Assembly (NCBI RefSeq): GCF_963921235.1
Contig: NC_086097.1
Span: forward strand, 226,054,001-226,118,000
Direction of reading: 5' to 3'
Length of the DNA stretch: 64,000 nucleotides
Origin: Mobula hypostoma
Lineage: Eukaryota
This document shows, piece by piece, positions 25,481 to 37,575 of the stretch (the first letter of the stretch is position 1; each line of letters opens with the position of its first letter). The notes beneath the pieces are model-generated. The model was not told the DNA's origin. It saw only the letters and a program-made list of their open reading frames with translations, and made no database searches. The translations under genes and the position numbers were made by a program.

Positions 25481-26479
25481 CCGGATAAGAAGGTGCGTCT
25501 TTATATAAGGCACCAGCAGCTGATCAGCACGGTTCTCAATATCATTACAAAAAAACGTTATTTGTAACAATGTCCTGTTACCGATGGATATGAGTCAGCA
25601 CTACGGTGACATTAATTTGTAGTGTAACCTGGATGGTTATTTTTGCCTTTTTCATTTTGATTACTTAGTGAACAGTATTCATCATGTTACATTTTCAGCT
25701 TCCATTAATGCGCAATTTAAAAGTACATCACCAAACCTGTTCACACTTCTTGTTCATTGGAGCATATCTATATAGTTACATCATTGGCACAGTGCTAGAA
25801 TTTTAATAATCTGAACATCAGGTATAGACGACAGACTCAGGATACCAATGTAAATATTTTCTAAATTGCATCTAAAGCTGGCCATTTCTTCGTCAATTAG
25901 AATTGAAAGTATTGCACAAAACTTAGCAAGAGATTTTTGTCACATGTACAATTTAGCAGTCCATTTCTATACTCAAAACCTCATGGGCAAGTTTATGCTG
26001 AAGACAAAGAGACTTCATCTGCATTGTGTTTATCTCACTTAGTGTCATTCCCTGGATCTAATCAATGAGATTGCCCTCACATAAGATCATAAATTCATCA
26101 TGACCTCAACCTGCACATGAACAGAAAAGGCTTGTTCCTGAACATGGACATTGTCTGTTTACAGACATGATGGTACACTATGCATCCAAGAAGCTTGGTT
26201 GATTCATGTGTCAGTCACCATATTAGGAGACCAAAAAGCTTTTGGAAAAGATGTATAGACCCTGAGTTAGGTGCAATGTATATCCAAGAGATCACAGATA
26301 CCAATTTTGGTGTCCTCAAGCAGTTGATCAAATGCTTTCTGTCCATCCCAAAAAAGACATCCCTCTGTGTTACTCCATTATTTGCCAACAACGCAGGTAT
26401 GGCCCTTTATTATTGGCCTGTGAAAGTTAGAGAAGAGACAAGAAAGAGAAAAAAAAAACAATTGTAGCGTAATGATGAG

Positions 26480-26950
26480 AGGCCTTCTTTGGAGATACTG
26501 TTGGCTCAAATTCTGAAGAAAATCTCATTCCAGTGAAGAGACAGCTTATATCTGCATGCAGCTGGACCTGGACAATATTCAGACATGGGCTGATTAAAGA
26601 CAATTTACATTTGGCCACACAATTGCTAGGCACTGGCCACTTCCAGCAAGAGTAAACTGACCACTTCACCTTGACAATAAACAACATTTCCATCCCAAGC
26701 CCCCAGTATCAATGTCCTGGGGGTTTCACAGACTTGACTAAATTGCTTGGGTTTCAGGAACACATTGGGGGTATACATCCTGCTGCGTGCTGACTTCCAC
26801 CATCTACAGGGTACATGTCTCTTTGCCTGGTTGAGTGCGACTTCCTTCTGCAGACAAAGCAATTCATTTGACTGTTACCTGTGAACTATCCTGAACATCC
26901 ATACACTTCTCCACCAACATGTTATCCCTACAGTATGTGCAAGCAACAAG
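26480..26950 (+). mobile_element. Ancient CR1-clade RT fragment
   Basis: MQLDLDNIQTWAD and SINVLGV remnants. Confidence 0.55.
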
Positions 26951-27826
26951 TCAGATGACAGAAACGTAGCAAGTTTACACAATGGCATGTGGAAATGTAT
27001 TACACACTCGCATAATAATCTACCAACAAAAAAATATCATTACCTTCCTAAATTGAAGGCAGAAGACCATGTATCTATGGTTCTTGAGTTAGAAGTTATG
27101 AACAGGCTATACAATAAAAGTGCCCATTTGAAGAAGCCAGCCCCTCATCACCGTCAAGAACGATTGATCACTATCATATGCCAAAGAATGAGCAAAGTCT
27201 GCATGCCATAAATAAGAAAAGTAATCATCATCATCATCATATGCTGTGTCCATGTAAAGTAATAAAGACCCACAAACTCTATTCCAACACAGTTTCCAAG
27301 TCACCCCTCAAGCCAATGATCTTATAATCCCTCTCAGCACAAATCATTAAAACATGAACCAGTTAACATGCCAAACACTTTGGTATGCCAATTGAAAACA
27401 AAACTAAATGATCATTAGATAATTATGCTTGTTGAACACTTGAGCACTTGTCTATATGTTGATGGTTTCAATCAGGGTGGGTATTCCTTTGTGGTGTAGA
27501 TTGCTTATTTGACTGAAACATTGTAAAAGCGAGCATTCGGTGGAGCGTGAAGTTCTGAAGTGATAGAACTGGGGTATAATTGGTGATGCTCTGTGAGTTA
27601 CATCATGATCTGCCCATGCCTATGTTCTCCACACAAGTGTTAAAACGCTAACCAGCATGGCAGTCAACGTGACTCACACCACCAGTCTGTGCATTCAAAG
27701 AGGAATCCACTTCGGCACCAAAACACCCAAATAATAGGTTATTTGCAAACAAAGCTTCATTCTATAAATCATTATCATTCTTCATTTGTTCATTCCCATT
27801 ACATCCTGATTTATTTTCAACATTTA

Positions 27827-27960
27827 AACAGAAAATGCTGGAGACTCTCAATAGCTCAAGCAGCATCTATGTCTTTGAAATCTTCTTCTCTCAGATGCTG
27901 CCTTGTCTGCTGAGTGTTTGGGGCATTTTATATCAAATTTCCTGCATCTTCAGTTCTATA
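27827..27960. repeat. Small palindromic element resembling Penelope pLTR ends
   Basis: aaaatgctgg...gcagcatct and agatgctgcc...gcatttt form an imperfect inverted pair. The same motif ends the Penelope copies. Confidence 0.55.
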
Positions 27961-28010
27961 ATTTTCTTTTATTTCTGATTTCTTTTCAGCTTCTCTTCTT
28001 CATTTCCCAG

Positions 28011-28063
28011 ATGGAAATGATGAGTATGTGGACACTTATGGGATGCCAAGCACGCAGGACTAG
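28011..28063 (+). CDS. Possible terminal coding exon of an unidentified host gene, (D)GNDEYVDTYGMPSTQD*
   Basis: Long pyrimidine tract ending in cag at 28010, an open phase-1 frame to TAG, and AATAAA at 28132. No recognised homology. Confidence 0.3.
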
Positions 28064-28489
28064 AACATTTCTGATTCTCCTGTGAAGTAACTGTTGAGAG
28101 AAAACTTGCTTTTGTGCTGTGTGCTGTATTAAATAAAAGGTACATTATACAGTCCAGAATGTCACACTGTGATGCGAAAGCAGAAAGCACTGCAGATGGA
28201 TTACCCTCTCTTCATCACTGTCACCAATATGGCAATGCAGAATTTTCTGCCTTCTGGTGAAACTTTTGACTTCTCTTTTCTATGCTGGTGACTAGATATA
28301 TCATCAGTCACTGATTTGTTTAGCAAAAATGAGTCCTCGCAGTCTTCAGCAGAGCAAAATATAAACAGCTCGAGGAACTGATGCAGGATCTTGACTCAAA
28401 ATATCGACAATCCTGTCCTGACCTACTGAGTTCCTCCAGCAGTTTATTTTTGTTCCAGATTCTTTCCATCTCATGTGTCTCCCTTCTTG

Positions 28490-29030
28490 TCAAATCTCCT
28501 GTCCTGGTCTAACCACATTAATGTTATGGTTAAGAATGATCACCAACGCCTCTACCTCCTCAGAAGGCTAAAGAAATCTGGCATGCTCCTGTCGGCTCTT
28601 GCTAATTTTTATCAATGCACCATAGAAAGCATTCTTTGTGGATGCATAATGGCTTTGTATGGTAACTGCCCTGCATATGACCACAAGAACTTCAGAGGAG
28701 TTGTGAACACAGCTCAGCACCTCACAGGAATCAGCTTTCTCTCTAAGCCTTCTTTCTTTTTCTTGCTGCCTCAGTAAAGATCCCATCCAATAAGGACCTT
28801 CTCTTTTCTCACCTCTCCAATCAGCAGAAGATACAAAAGCCTGAAAGCATGTACCACCAGGATCAAGGAGAGCTTCTGTCCCACTGTTATCAAAACCTTG
28901 AATTGCCTCTTAGCCTTACAAACTACCTCGCTATGACCTTGCACTTTACTGTTTACCTACACTGCACTTTTTCAGTTGCTTTTACATTTTATTCTTCATT
29001 GTTTTTGTTTTACCTGATTCTAGCTCACAC
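28490..29030 (+). mobile_element. Rex1/Babar 3' fragment
   Basis: LSWSNHINVMVK..HQRLYLLRRLKK...FYQCTIESIL. Confidence 0.85.
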
Positions 29031-29039
29031 TCTGACACT

Positions 29040-32000
29040 TTGAGAGTCTGCAGTTTCCTTCTGGACGAGCTGCCTGTCAACGGTAACAGAAACTCCGTCT
29101 GCCTGGGTTTAGAGTCAGAGTTGTCCTTCTCCTTGACCAGCTGGCAGCCGGCGCTGATGAGCCCAGTCTGTCTGAATTATTGGTCAATGCTGTGAAATTA
29201 GCTGAGCAACCATTTGAAAGGCACTCACACACTTGACTTGCCACTGGACATGCTAAGAACTTGGGTCCATGGACACATCTTGAGCATCCATCAACCGTGC
29301 TCCAGCCTTGTGGGTCAATCTCAGAAGACACAAAGGCTAAGGGAGTAAACCCTGATAGTAAATCCAGAATGGAACTCCTAAGGCGTACCGGGCCTACTCC
29401 CAGCAACTGCTGCAACTGTGCTGGTAACAAATTGCACTGGTTCTACCTTTCCTTTGGATTATATCAGCAAGACCAAGTGGGGGACCTTGTCTGGGTAGCC
29501 GAGGGTCTCCATATCACCTGCCTGGGTTTGTTACTCCAGAGAAGTCACTCCAGCGACGTTGCAAGACAGGAAATACAACAAGGGAAGTGTCAGTTACCGG
29601 TTCTAAGCTCACACCGACTGGCATAGGGAAGCGCACCAGCAGTCTCTTCTGATGATGGGAGAGACGATAACATCTCATTGGACAGGTACCGCTCGTCTCG
29701 TTGGGCAGCCCCCAGCCAGTAAGGTGCCTGCCTGCTTCACCGGGTGTGTGGAGGTTAGAGGCGAACCTCAACAAGCAGACTGAAATTCCACACCAGGCAG
29801 ACCTAGAGGAACCAATAGGACTTCAGCTCTTCATATAGCAAGCTGGAATGTCAGGACCATGAGTCCTGGGTTCATGAATGGCAGCCAACAGGTTGATGAA
29901 GCACGCAAGACTGCCCTCATAGACAAAGGATTCTGCAGACAGAATATTGCCTGCCTTTCCGAGACTCGCCTGGCAGACGGGAGCTCTATTAGAGAGTTGA
30001 ACCATACCTTCTTCTGGCAAGGGAAGTCTCAGGATGAGCCAAGGCTGTGTGGTGTCAGCTTTGCAGTGAGTAATATACTCGCCACAGTTGCTAAGCCTCC
30101 ACTTGTGGGGACAGACAGAATCCACACTCTCTGCCTGTCAACATCATCTGGTGTAGCCAACTTCATCAGCATCTATGCCCCCACTCCCTGAGTCACCCCC
30201 AAAGATAAAGCACCCTTCTACGGGGCACTGAATGAAGCATTGTCCAAGATATTTACCATTGAAGGTTTGTATCTGTTGGGAGACATCAGTGCTAGAGTAG
30301 CGACAGGGAGGCCTGGCCCAGCTGTTTGGGCTCACATGGAGTGAGCAAGATGAACAAAAACGTGCAGGGGTTGCTCGAACTGTGCTGTTACCATGGACTG
30401 TGCTTGGCCAACATATATTTCCAGTGCAAGGAGCTTCACAAGGCCTCACCGCTGGCATCATCAAGTCTGCAGATCTCAGAACTGTCCTTATCACCCACAG
30501 CTATCACAAGACAAACTGTGACACTGACCACTCCCTAGAAGCCAACAAAGTGAGGGTCACACCAAAGATTATGCCTTGCTCTGAGAGGAGGTGCTGACCA
30601 TGCATCCACACTCGCTGTGCATTCGGAGCCGAACAATTGCAGAAGTTCACTGACCATTTTGAAGATGCTGCAGAAGGCTCCACCTATGATGACAACTCCA
30701 TCGAAAGCAAATGGTTCTGTCTTCATCATGCCGTCTATAACTCAGCCGTCACTGAGTTTGGTAAGAGAGAACGCTCACAAGTATGAAAAGAGGTGAGAGA
30801 AAATGGAACCAGGGACTGAAAAAATTATCCCAACCCCAGCATCTGAGACATTCTTAAGGCCATGAGAAACAAGGCCCAGAAAACTGCTTGCCATTGTGCC
30901 AACAACTAATGGCTGTGTATGTGTAGCAGTATCCAGACTGCTGCTGACACAGGGGATGCATGAGGCAGGTATGAAGGCATCAAGAAGGCCATCCTTCTGT
31001 CATTAAGACTGCCCTCTGAAGTCTAGAACTGGAGAAGTCATACCTGATCAAGGCAAGCAGCTTCAATGCTGGGTTGAGCAGTATGTGGAGTTGTACTCAA
31101 GCCCAGGCTGTGGTCACAAACGCTGCACCTGAGGTTATCCCAGATTTGCCAGTCATGGAGGAGCTAGATGCACTGCCAACACCACAAGAACTCAGCAAAG
31201 CTGTTGACTATCTCATATGCGGGAAGGGTTCATGGAAATGATGGTATCCCTCCACAAGTTTTGAAGACTAGCAAACCAACATTGTGCACCATCTGCATGA
31301 GCTCCCCGTCTGTGCTGGGAGAAAGGCTACGTACCACAAGACGTGCGGAGATACCAATATTCTCACCTTGTACAAGAACAGCAGTAATCGTAGTGACTGT
31401 AAAAACTACCTCAGCATTATGGGAAAAGCCTTTATCTGAGTTGTTTTGGCATGGCTGTCACACCTTGCTCAATGTGTCTACTCAGTCACAGTGTGTTTTT
31501 AGAGCAGGCAGATCCACTGTGTGTATGAACTCACTACGGCAGCTACAGAAGAGCCGAGAGCAGCAAAAGCCACACTTCATCGCAGTCATTAACCAGACAA
31601 AGGTGTTTGACCTGGTTAGGAGAAGGTTGCTGCAGAAGGTAGGCTGCCCTCCAACACAGCTGGGCATGATCACTTCCTCCAATGAAGACATGCACAGTAC
31701 TGTCTGCTTTAACGGTGCATCCTCCAAAGCCATCCCAGTGTGAAACGGAGTAAAGGAAGTAAAGTAAAGGTTCTGGCACCAACACACTTCAGCATCTTCT
31801 TCTGCTTGCTGCTTCATTATGCTTTTGGGGAAGGTGCCGAGGACATCTGCCTACATATCAGAGCTGACAGCAAACTCTTCAACATTGCTTGCCTTCGCTC
31901 CAAGGCCAAGATCTTCATTCATCACGAGCACACAGACTTCCCACACAGAAGCCCAGCTGCAGCATCTCATTGACCACTGTCCTATGACGGCCCAGGACAT

Positions 32001-32860
32001 TGACTCCTTCTCATCTATTACCATTGATGGTGAAACTCTAGAGGTGGTTGACCCCTTCACCTATCCTTCACGATCACAAACTCTCTGTCTGTTGATGCTG
32101 AGCAGAGCAACAGGAAAGCCAAGCCTGCAGCCGTCATGGCTAGGCTGAACAAGTGAGTGTGGAGCAACAGCCATCTGACTGTGAATACCAAAATGAGTTT
32201 GTACAAAGCCTATGTTCTTGGCACTCTCCTCTACAGCTACAAAGCCTGGACAACCTATGCAAGCCAAGAGAAGAAACTGAATAGCTTTCACCCATGCTGC
32301 CTCAGACAGATCCTGCACATACCATGGCAGGTCAGAGCCACTAATACAGAAGGCTTACAACATGGAAGCATCCCCAGCATCTTCGTCCTCCTCAGCCAGA
32401 GGCAGCTCAGATGATTAGGACAAGTCAGGCGAAGGTGCTCTGGTAGAATCCTGAAAGACCTCCTGTATGGGCAGCTGGCAGAGGATGCACACCCAGTTTG
32501 TCGTCCACGGCTTTGCTCCAGGGATGTCTGCAAAAAGGATGTGAAGCTGGCCATCATTGATATGAACAACTGAGAAGACATAGCAGACGACCTGGCTGCC
32601 TGGAGTCTGGCAAGTCAAAAAGGAGTGCAAAGAGCAGAAAGTACCTGCGTCAATGAGCTGGCTGTCAAGAGAGCTCAACGATAGGAGAGCACTCCTCCAA
32701 CCAAATGGCCATCTTCTTCACTTGCAGCCAGTGTGGAAGTGACTGTTATTCCAGCTTGGGACTCCTCAGGAACTCTAGAAAGTGCACCACTACGAGCTGA
32801 CTTTTCTTGTGTGCTACCCCACCATCTTTCAAGACAGCACAATACCACTGACAACATTCT
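29040..32860 (+). mobile_element. Degenerate full-length RTE-clade LINE
   Basis: ~750-bp 5'UTR; EN (ASWNVRTMSPGF...DEARKTALID, CLSETRL, FFWQGK, ISIYAPT); RT remnants (SQCVFRAGRST, VFDLVR, LAPTHFSIFF); C-terminus (LNSFHPCCLRQILHIPWQ); RTE-type 3' end. Confidence 0.88.
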
Positions 32861-33364
32861 GTGACAATAATAAACCCAGCTAAACCGAAGTTGGAGGAAG
32901 AGGCACCATATAGTCATAAATATCAGTGTGAAAATGTAAGTGTCCTCCAAGGCTTTTAGGAATAGTGCTGGAACAGAAAGATGTTAACAGAATAACACTG
33001 GTGTGACCTTTTTGCAATTACTCATTCTCCTGTGAATTAGAAGATTTTTCTATTCTCTGAGATCGGAATATAGCGAGAATCAGCAATGCAATGTGATAAC
33101 CAGATGGGCTAAAAATGAACAAAATTTGCACCAAGTAATACAAGAAGTTCACCTTTTGTGAATCCAGTTCAAAGACAAGATTATGTCTTGTCTCGGTGCT
33201 CATGTTATATTGATGTCAAAAGATACTATTGTATTTGTAGCAAATGTATTACAGAAAAGCAGAGCTAAAGGCTATTTACTTGAATTTGCATGCAGCTCAG
33301 ACACTTTAGGAAATTCTTATATGTTTTGGGTAAGAGCATTCCAAATTTATTTTTAATGCTGCAG

Positions 33365-33456
33365 GAAAATAATACACCCTATAAGTTAATAATAATTCAC
33401 CCTGTAAATTAATAATAATACACCCTATAAGTTAATAATAATACACCCTATAAGCT
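33365..33456. repeat. Minisatellite, ~4 copies of a 23-bp unit (aataataatacaccctataagtt)
   Basis: Read directly from the sequence. Confidence 0.9.
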
Positions 33457-33939
33457 AAGCAAGAAGCAGATTTTTGTCCCTTTGTTACAGTACCTACTTT
33501 TCAGATAGGTACTACCTGTGCTTCTGGCACATCTGTTCAGATGATCCATTCTCTCTGTCGTAGTGTTCTCTGAGGAGAAACCACTATTATTATAGGAACT
33601 TCTCTAGTTCTATGAAGTTAGACATAGCATGGTTTTGCACAGGGATTTTTCTTTCACTTGGGGGAAAAAAAACAGCTTTAACCACCGCGAGCATTGTAAG
33701 AATCAAAGGTTTCTTTAAAGTTTATTGTTTGCAGGAGTCAACAGCTATTATCAAAGGTACAAGGCAAGGTGAAATTGAACATTGCTATCCAAAACTAAGT
33801 TTGCAAAGGTGAACGAGAAGCATAGCACAGCCCTAATAACAATAAAACCTCATGTGGTGCTTGTTCTTTGTTTTACTTTCTCAGGACTGCATTAACCACA
33901 ATAAAATTCAATGCAATCCAGATCATTTCTGCAAACAGA

Positions 33940-34085
33940 GTGCCATCTTCCCCCTTCATTTCCAGTCCTGAAGAAGTCTCAGCCCAAAATGTCAACACTT
34001 CGTTCATTTCCATAGATTCTGCCTGACCTACAGAGTTTTATGTGTGTTGCTCCAGATTTCCAGCATCTGTAGAATTTCTCATGTT
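33940..34085 (+). mobile_element. Short Penelope pLTR-derived fragment with a decayed hammerhead
   Basis: agtcctgaagaagtctcagcccaaaatgtcaac...gcctgacct...ttccagcatctg matches the end of 46707-47632. Confidence 0.65.
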
Positions 34086-35499
34086 TCAGAATGGAAGTGT
34101 GTTATTTTTTTCTCTCTGCTGATACACATGGTTTAACACTGTGCCAAAGGGACAATTGGAGACAAATGTTTTTACTTTACTGCTGCTTGCTAGTTTGAAT
34201 TAATTCTTCATTTGAGCAACTGTTGGATTCAATTAGCTACTAGTGAGTTGATTTGTACAATAGGCCTCTTCACATATTACTACATTTTCATTCATCAGAG
34301 ACAGATATGGTCACATTCACGATGCAGTTGTACTAACCTTTAGAATTAAGGCTTTGATCTTAGAGACAGATTTCAGCCAGGCAAAGCAAATTTTGTAAAA
34401 CGATCTCATGTTTTAAAATGAGAGATTAAAAAAATTAATAAATGTAAATTAAGGACTGTTCAGAAATTAGGATTAAAGAAGGCGGAAAATGTGAATGGAG
34501 AATATGGCTTTTGTTGGGAGTTCTGCTCATCGACTTCCCAATTTTTTTGTGTCTTGTCACAACAATTAAAACAAAAGATTTCCTCTGACCAGATAACTTT
34601 GAAACCTTTAAGATGCACAACTTACATACTTCTGAAGAATAGCAGCAACAAATTTGTAAACGTTCCCAAACTCCATTGTGACAAAACGCTACCACAAATT
34701 TTTTAAATTAAATTGGTTGAGAGATAAATATTAGCCAAAACACCAGGAAGTGTTTACCAGTGTTCTTGGAAGGATTGCCTTGGAATATTGTAAACCTGCC
34801 TCAGACAGTCTCCAAAAGACAATGCCTCTGGTAGTGTAGCATTCTCTTAGTTTAGCCCCAAAGGTGCAGTCTAGATTGTTTTTTTCTTTTGATTTGGAAC
34901 CCACGACCTTCTGACTCTGATGACAGCTGTATTGCTGAAAGCTCTTCACTTCCTCTTTCAGCTCAGCCGTTGCCACATGTCTGCAATAAACATTCCTAAA
35001 AGTCAACAAGGAAATACCATTGCATTAGTTCAATATTTAGTCTGGTATCACCCTGCCTGCTTCTGTATACCTCTCACAAGATATCAGAAGGCAACTTACT
35101 TAAGGTACCAGTTCTTATTTGGAACTGAGAAAAGATATATTTTTTGTACAGGGATTTTGGCAAAGGTTCACCAGACTGGTTTCTGAGATAGTGCATAAGT
35201 CCAGTAGACTCAACTGTTAAATACAGCTCAACTGTTTTGAGTTTAGAAGAACAAGATGTAACCTCACTAAAACTTACCATCTTCTTTTGGGGCTCTACAA
35301 CGTAGTTGGAAAAAATGATGTTTGCTCTGGAAAAGGAGATTAGAACTAAAGATTTTTGATTTAAAACAATGGCAAGGACACTTAGGACTGAAATGTCTTC
35401 GCTCAGAAGCTGATGAACCTTTGGACTCTTTCAGAAGTTGATGAATCTTTCTGCCCCAGAGGGTCATGGGAGGATTAGTCATTGACTGCATTCAAAAAA

Positions 35500-37313
35500 G
35501 AAGTATGTGAAGTATGTGAAGAAGACAAGTATGTGAAGAGCAAGAGGATAAGACATGAAAGAATAGGACCTATCAAGTGTGACAGTGGGAAAGTGTGTAT
35601 GGAACCGGAGGAAATAGCAGAGGTACTTAATGAATACTTTACTTCAGTATGCACTATGGAAAAGGATCTTGGTGATTGTAGTGATGAATTGCAGCAGACT
35701 GAAAAGCTTGAGCATGTAGATATTAAGAAAGAGGATGTGCTGGAGCTTTTGGAAAGCATCAAGTTGGATAAGTCACCGGGACCGGATGGGATGTAACCCA
35801 GGCTACTGTGGGAGGCGAGGGAGGAGATTGCTGAGCCTCTGGCGATGATCTTTGAATCATCAATAGAGACGGGAGAGGTTCCGGAGGATTGGAGGGCTGT
35901 GGATGTTGTTCCTTTATTCAAGAAAGGGAGTAGAGATAGCCCAGGAAATTGTAGACCAGTGAGTCTTACTTCAGTAGTTGGTAAGTTGATGGAGAAGATC
36001 CTGAGAGGCAGGATTTATGAACATTTGGAGAGGTATAATATGATTAGAAATAGTCAACATGGCTTTGTCAAAGGCAGGTCGTGCCTTACGAGCCTGATTG
36101 AATTTTTTGAGGATGTAACTAAACACATTGATGAAGGAAGAGCCGTAGATGTATTGTAAATGGATTTCAGCAAGGCATTTGATAAGGTACCCCATGCAAG
36201 GCTTATTGAGAAAGTACAGAGGCATGGTACCCAAGGGGACATTTCTTTGTGGATCCAGAACTGGCTTGCCCACAGAATGGTTGCAAAAAGACTGGTCATA
36301 TTCTGCATGAAGGTTGGTGACCAGTGGTGTGCCTCAGTGATCTGTTCTGGGAACCCTACTCTTTGTGATTTTTATAAGTGACATAGATGAGGAAATGGAG
36401 GGATGGGTTAGTCAGTTTGCTGATGACACAAAGGTTGGAGGTGTTGTGGATAGTGTGAAGGGCTGTCAGAGGTTACAGCGGGACATTGATAGGATGCAAA
36501 ACTGGGCTGAAAAGTGGCAGATGGAGTTCAACCCAGATAAGTGTGAGGTGGTTCATTTTGGTAGGTCAAATACGATGGCAAAATATAGTATTAATGGTAA
36601 GACTCTTGGCAGTGTGGAGGATCAGAGGGATCTTGGGGCCCAAATCCATAGGACACTCAAAGCAGCTGCACAGGTTGACTCTGTGGTTAAGAAGGCATAC
36701 AGTGTATTGGCCTTCATCAATCATGGAATTGAATGTAGAAGCCGAGAGGTAACGTTGCAGCTATATAGGACCCTGGTCAGACCCCACTTGGAGTACTGTG
36801 CTCAGTTCTGGTTGCCTCACTACAGGAAAGATGTAGAAGCCATAGAAAGGGTGCAGGGGAGATTTACAAGGATGTTGCCTGGATTGGAGAGCATGCCTTA
36901 TGAGAATAGGTTGAGTGAACTTGGCCTTTTCTCCTTGGAGCGACGGAGGATGAGAGGTGACCTGATAGAGGTATATAAGATGATGAGAGGCATTGATCGT
37001 GTGGATAGTCAGAGGCTTTTTCCCAGGGCTGAAATGGTTGCCACAAGAGGACACAGGTTTAAGGTGCTGGGGATTTGGTACAGAGGAGATGTCAGGGCTA
37101 AGTTTTACGCAGAGAGTGGTGAGTGTGTGGAATGGGCTACCGGCTATGGTGGTGGAGGCAGATACGATAGGGTCTTTTAAGAGACATGGAGCTTAGAAAT
37201 ATAGAGGGCTATGGGTAAGCTTAGTAATTTCTAAGGTAGGGACATGTTTGGCACAACTTTATGGGCCGAAGGGACTGTATTGTGCTGTAGATTTTCTATG
37301 TTTCTATGTTTCT
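35500..37313 (+). mobile_element. CR1 LINE, 5'-truncated, inserted in an older CR1 3' remnant (~35290-37450)
   Basis: ORFs 35482-37180 (LDKSPGPDG, SQHGFVKGRSCLT, FADDTKVGG) and a (tttctatg)n tail. Confidence 0.94.
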
Positions 37314-37575
37314 AAATCAATTGTTTACTGAATAATAAAGGAAACAAGAGATAGGGGGATAGTGCAGGACAATAGAAGTGATATAGAAAATCAGCTGTGA
37401 TTTTGCTGAATTATAGAATGGCGCCTGCTCCTATTTCTAGCATCCTTATGACATTACCAACCAGCATATTCCATTTACTCTCTGTTATTAATTCTTCTAT
37501 CATCTTTCATTGTCGACAAACTATGTCCCAATATATAATTCAAGAGAAATATGGGCAATAAAATGAAAGCCTACA

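Noticed and set aside
29333..29350. HDV-like ribozyme suggested by ggctaaggga
   Set aside because: I could not build P1, P2, P3 and P1.1 around it.
33365..33456. CRISPR-like array
   Set aside because: Contiguous tandem units without spacers, no cas genes, eukaryotic context.
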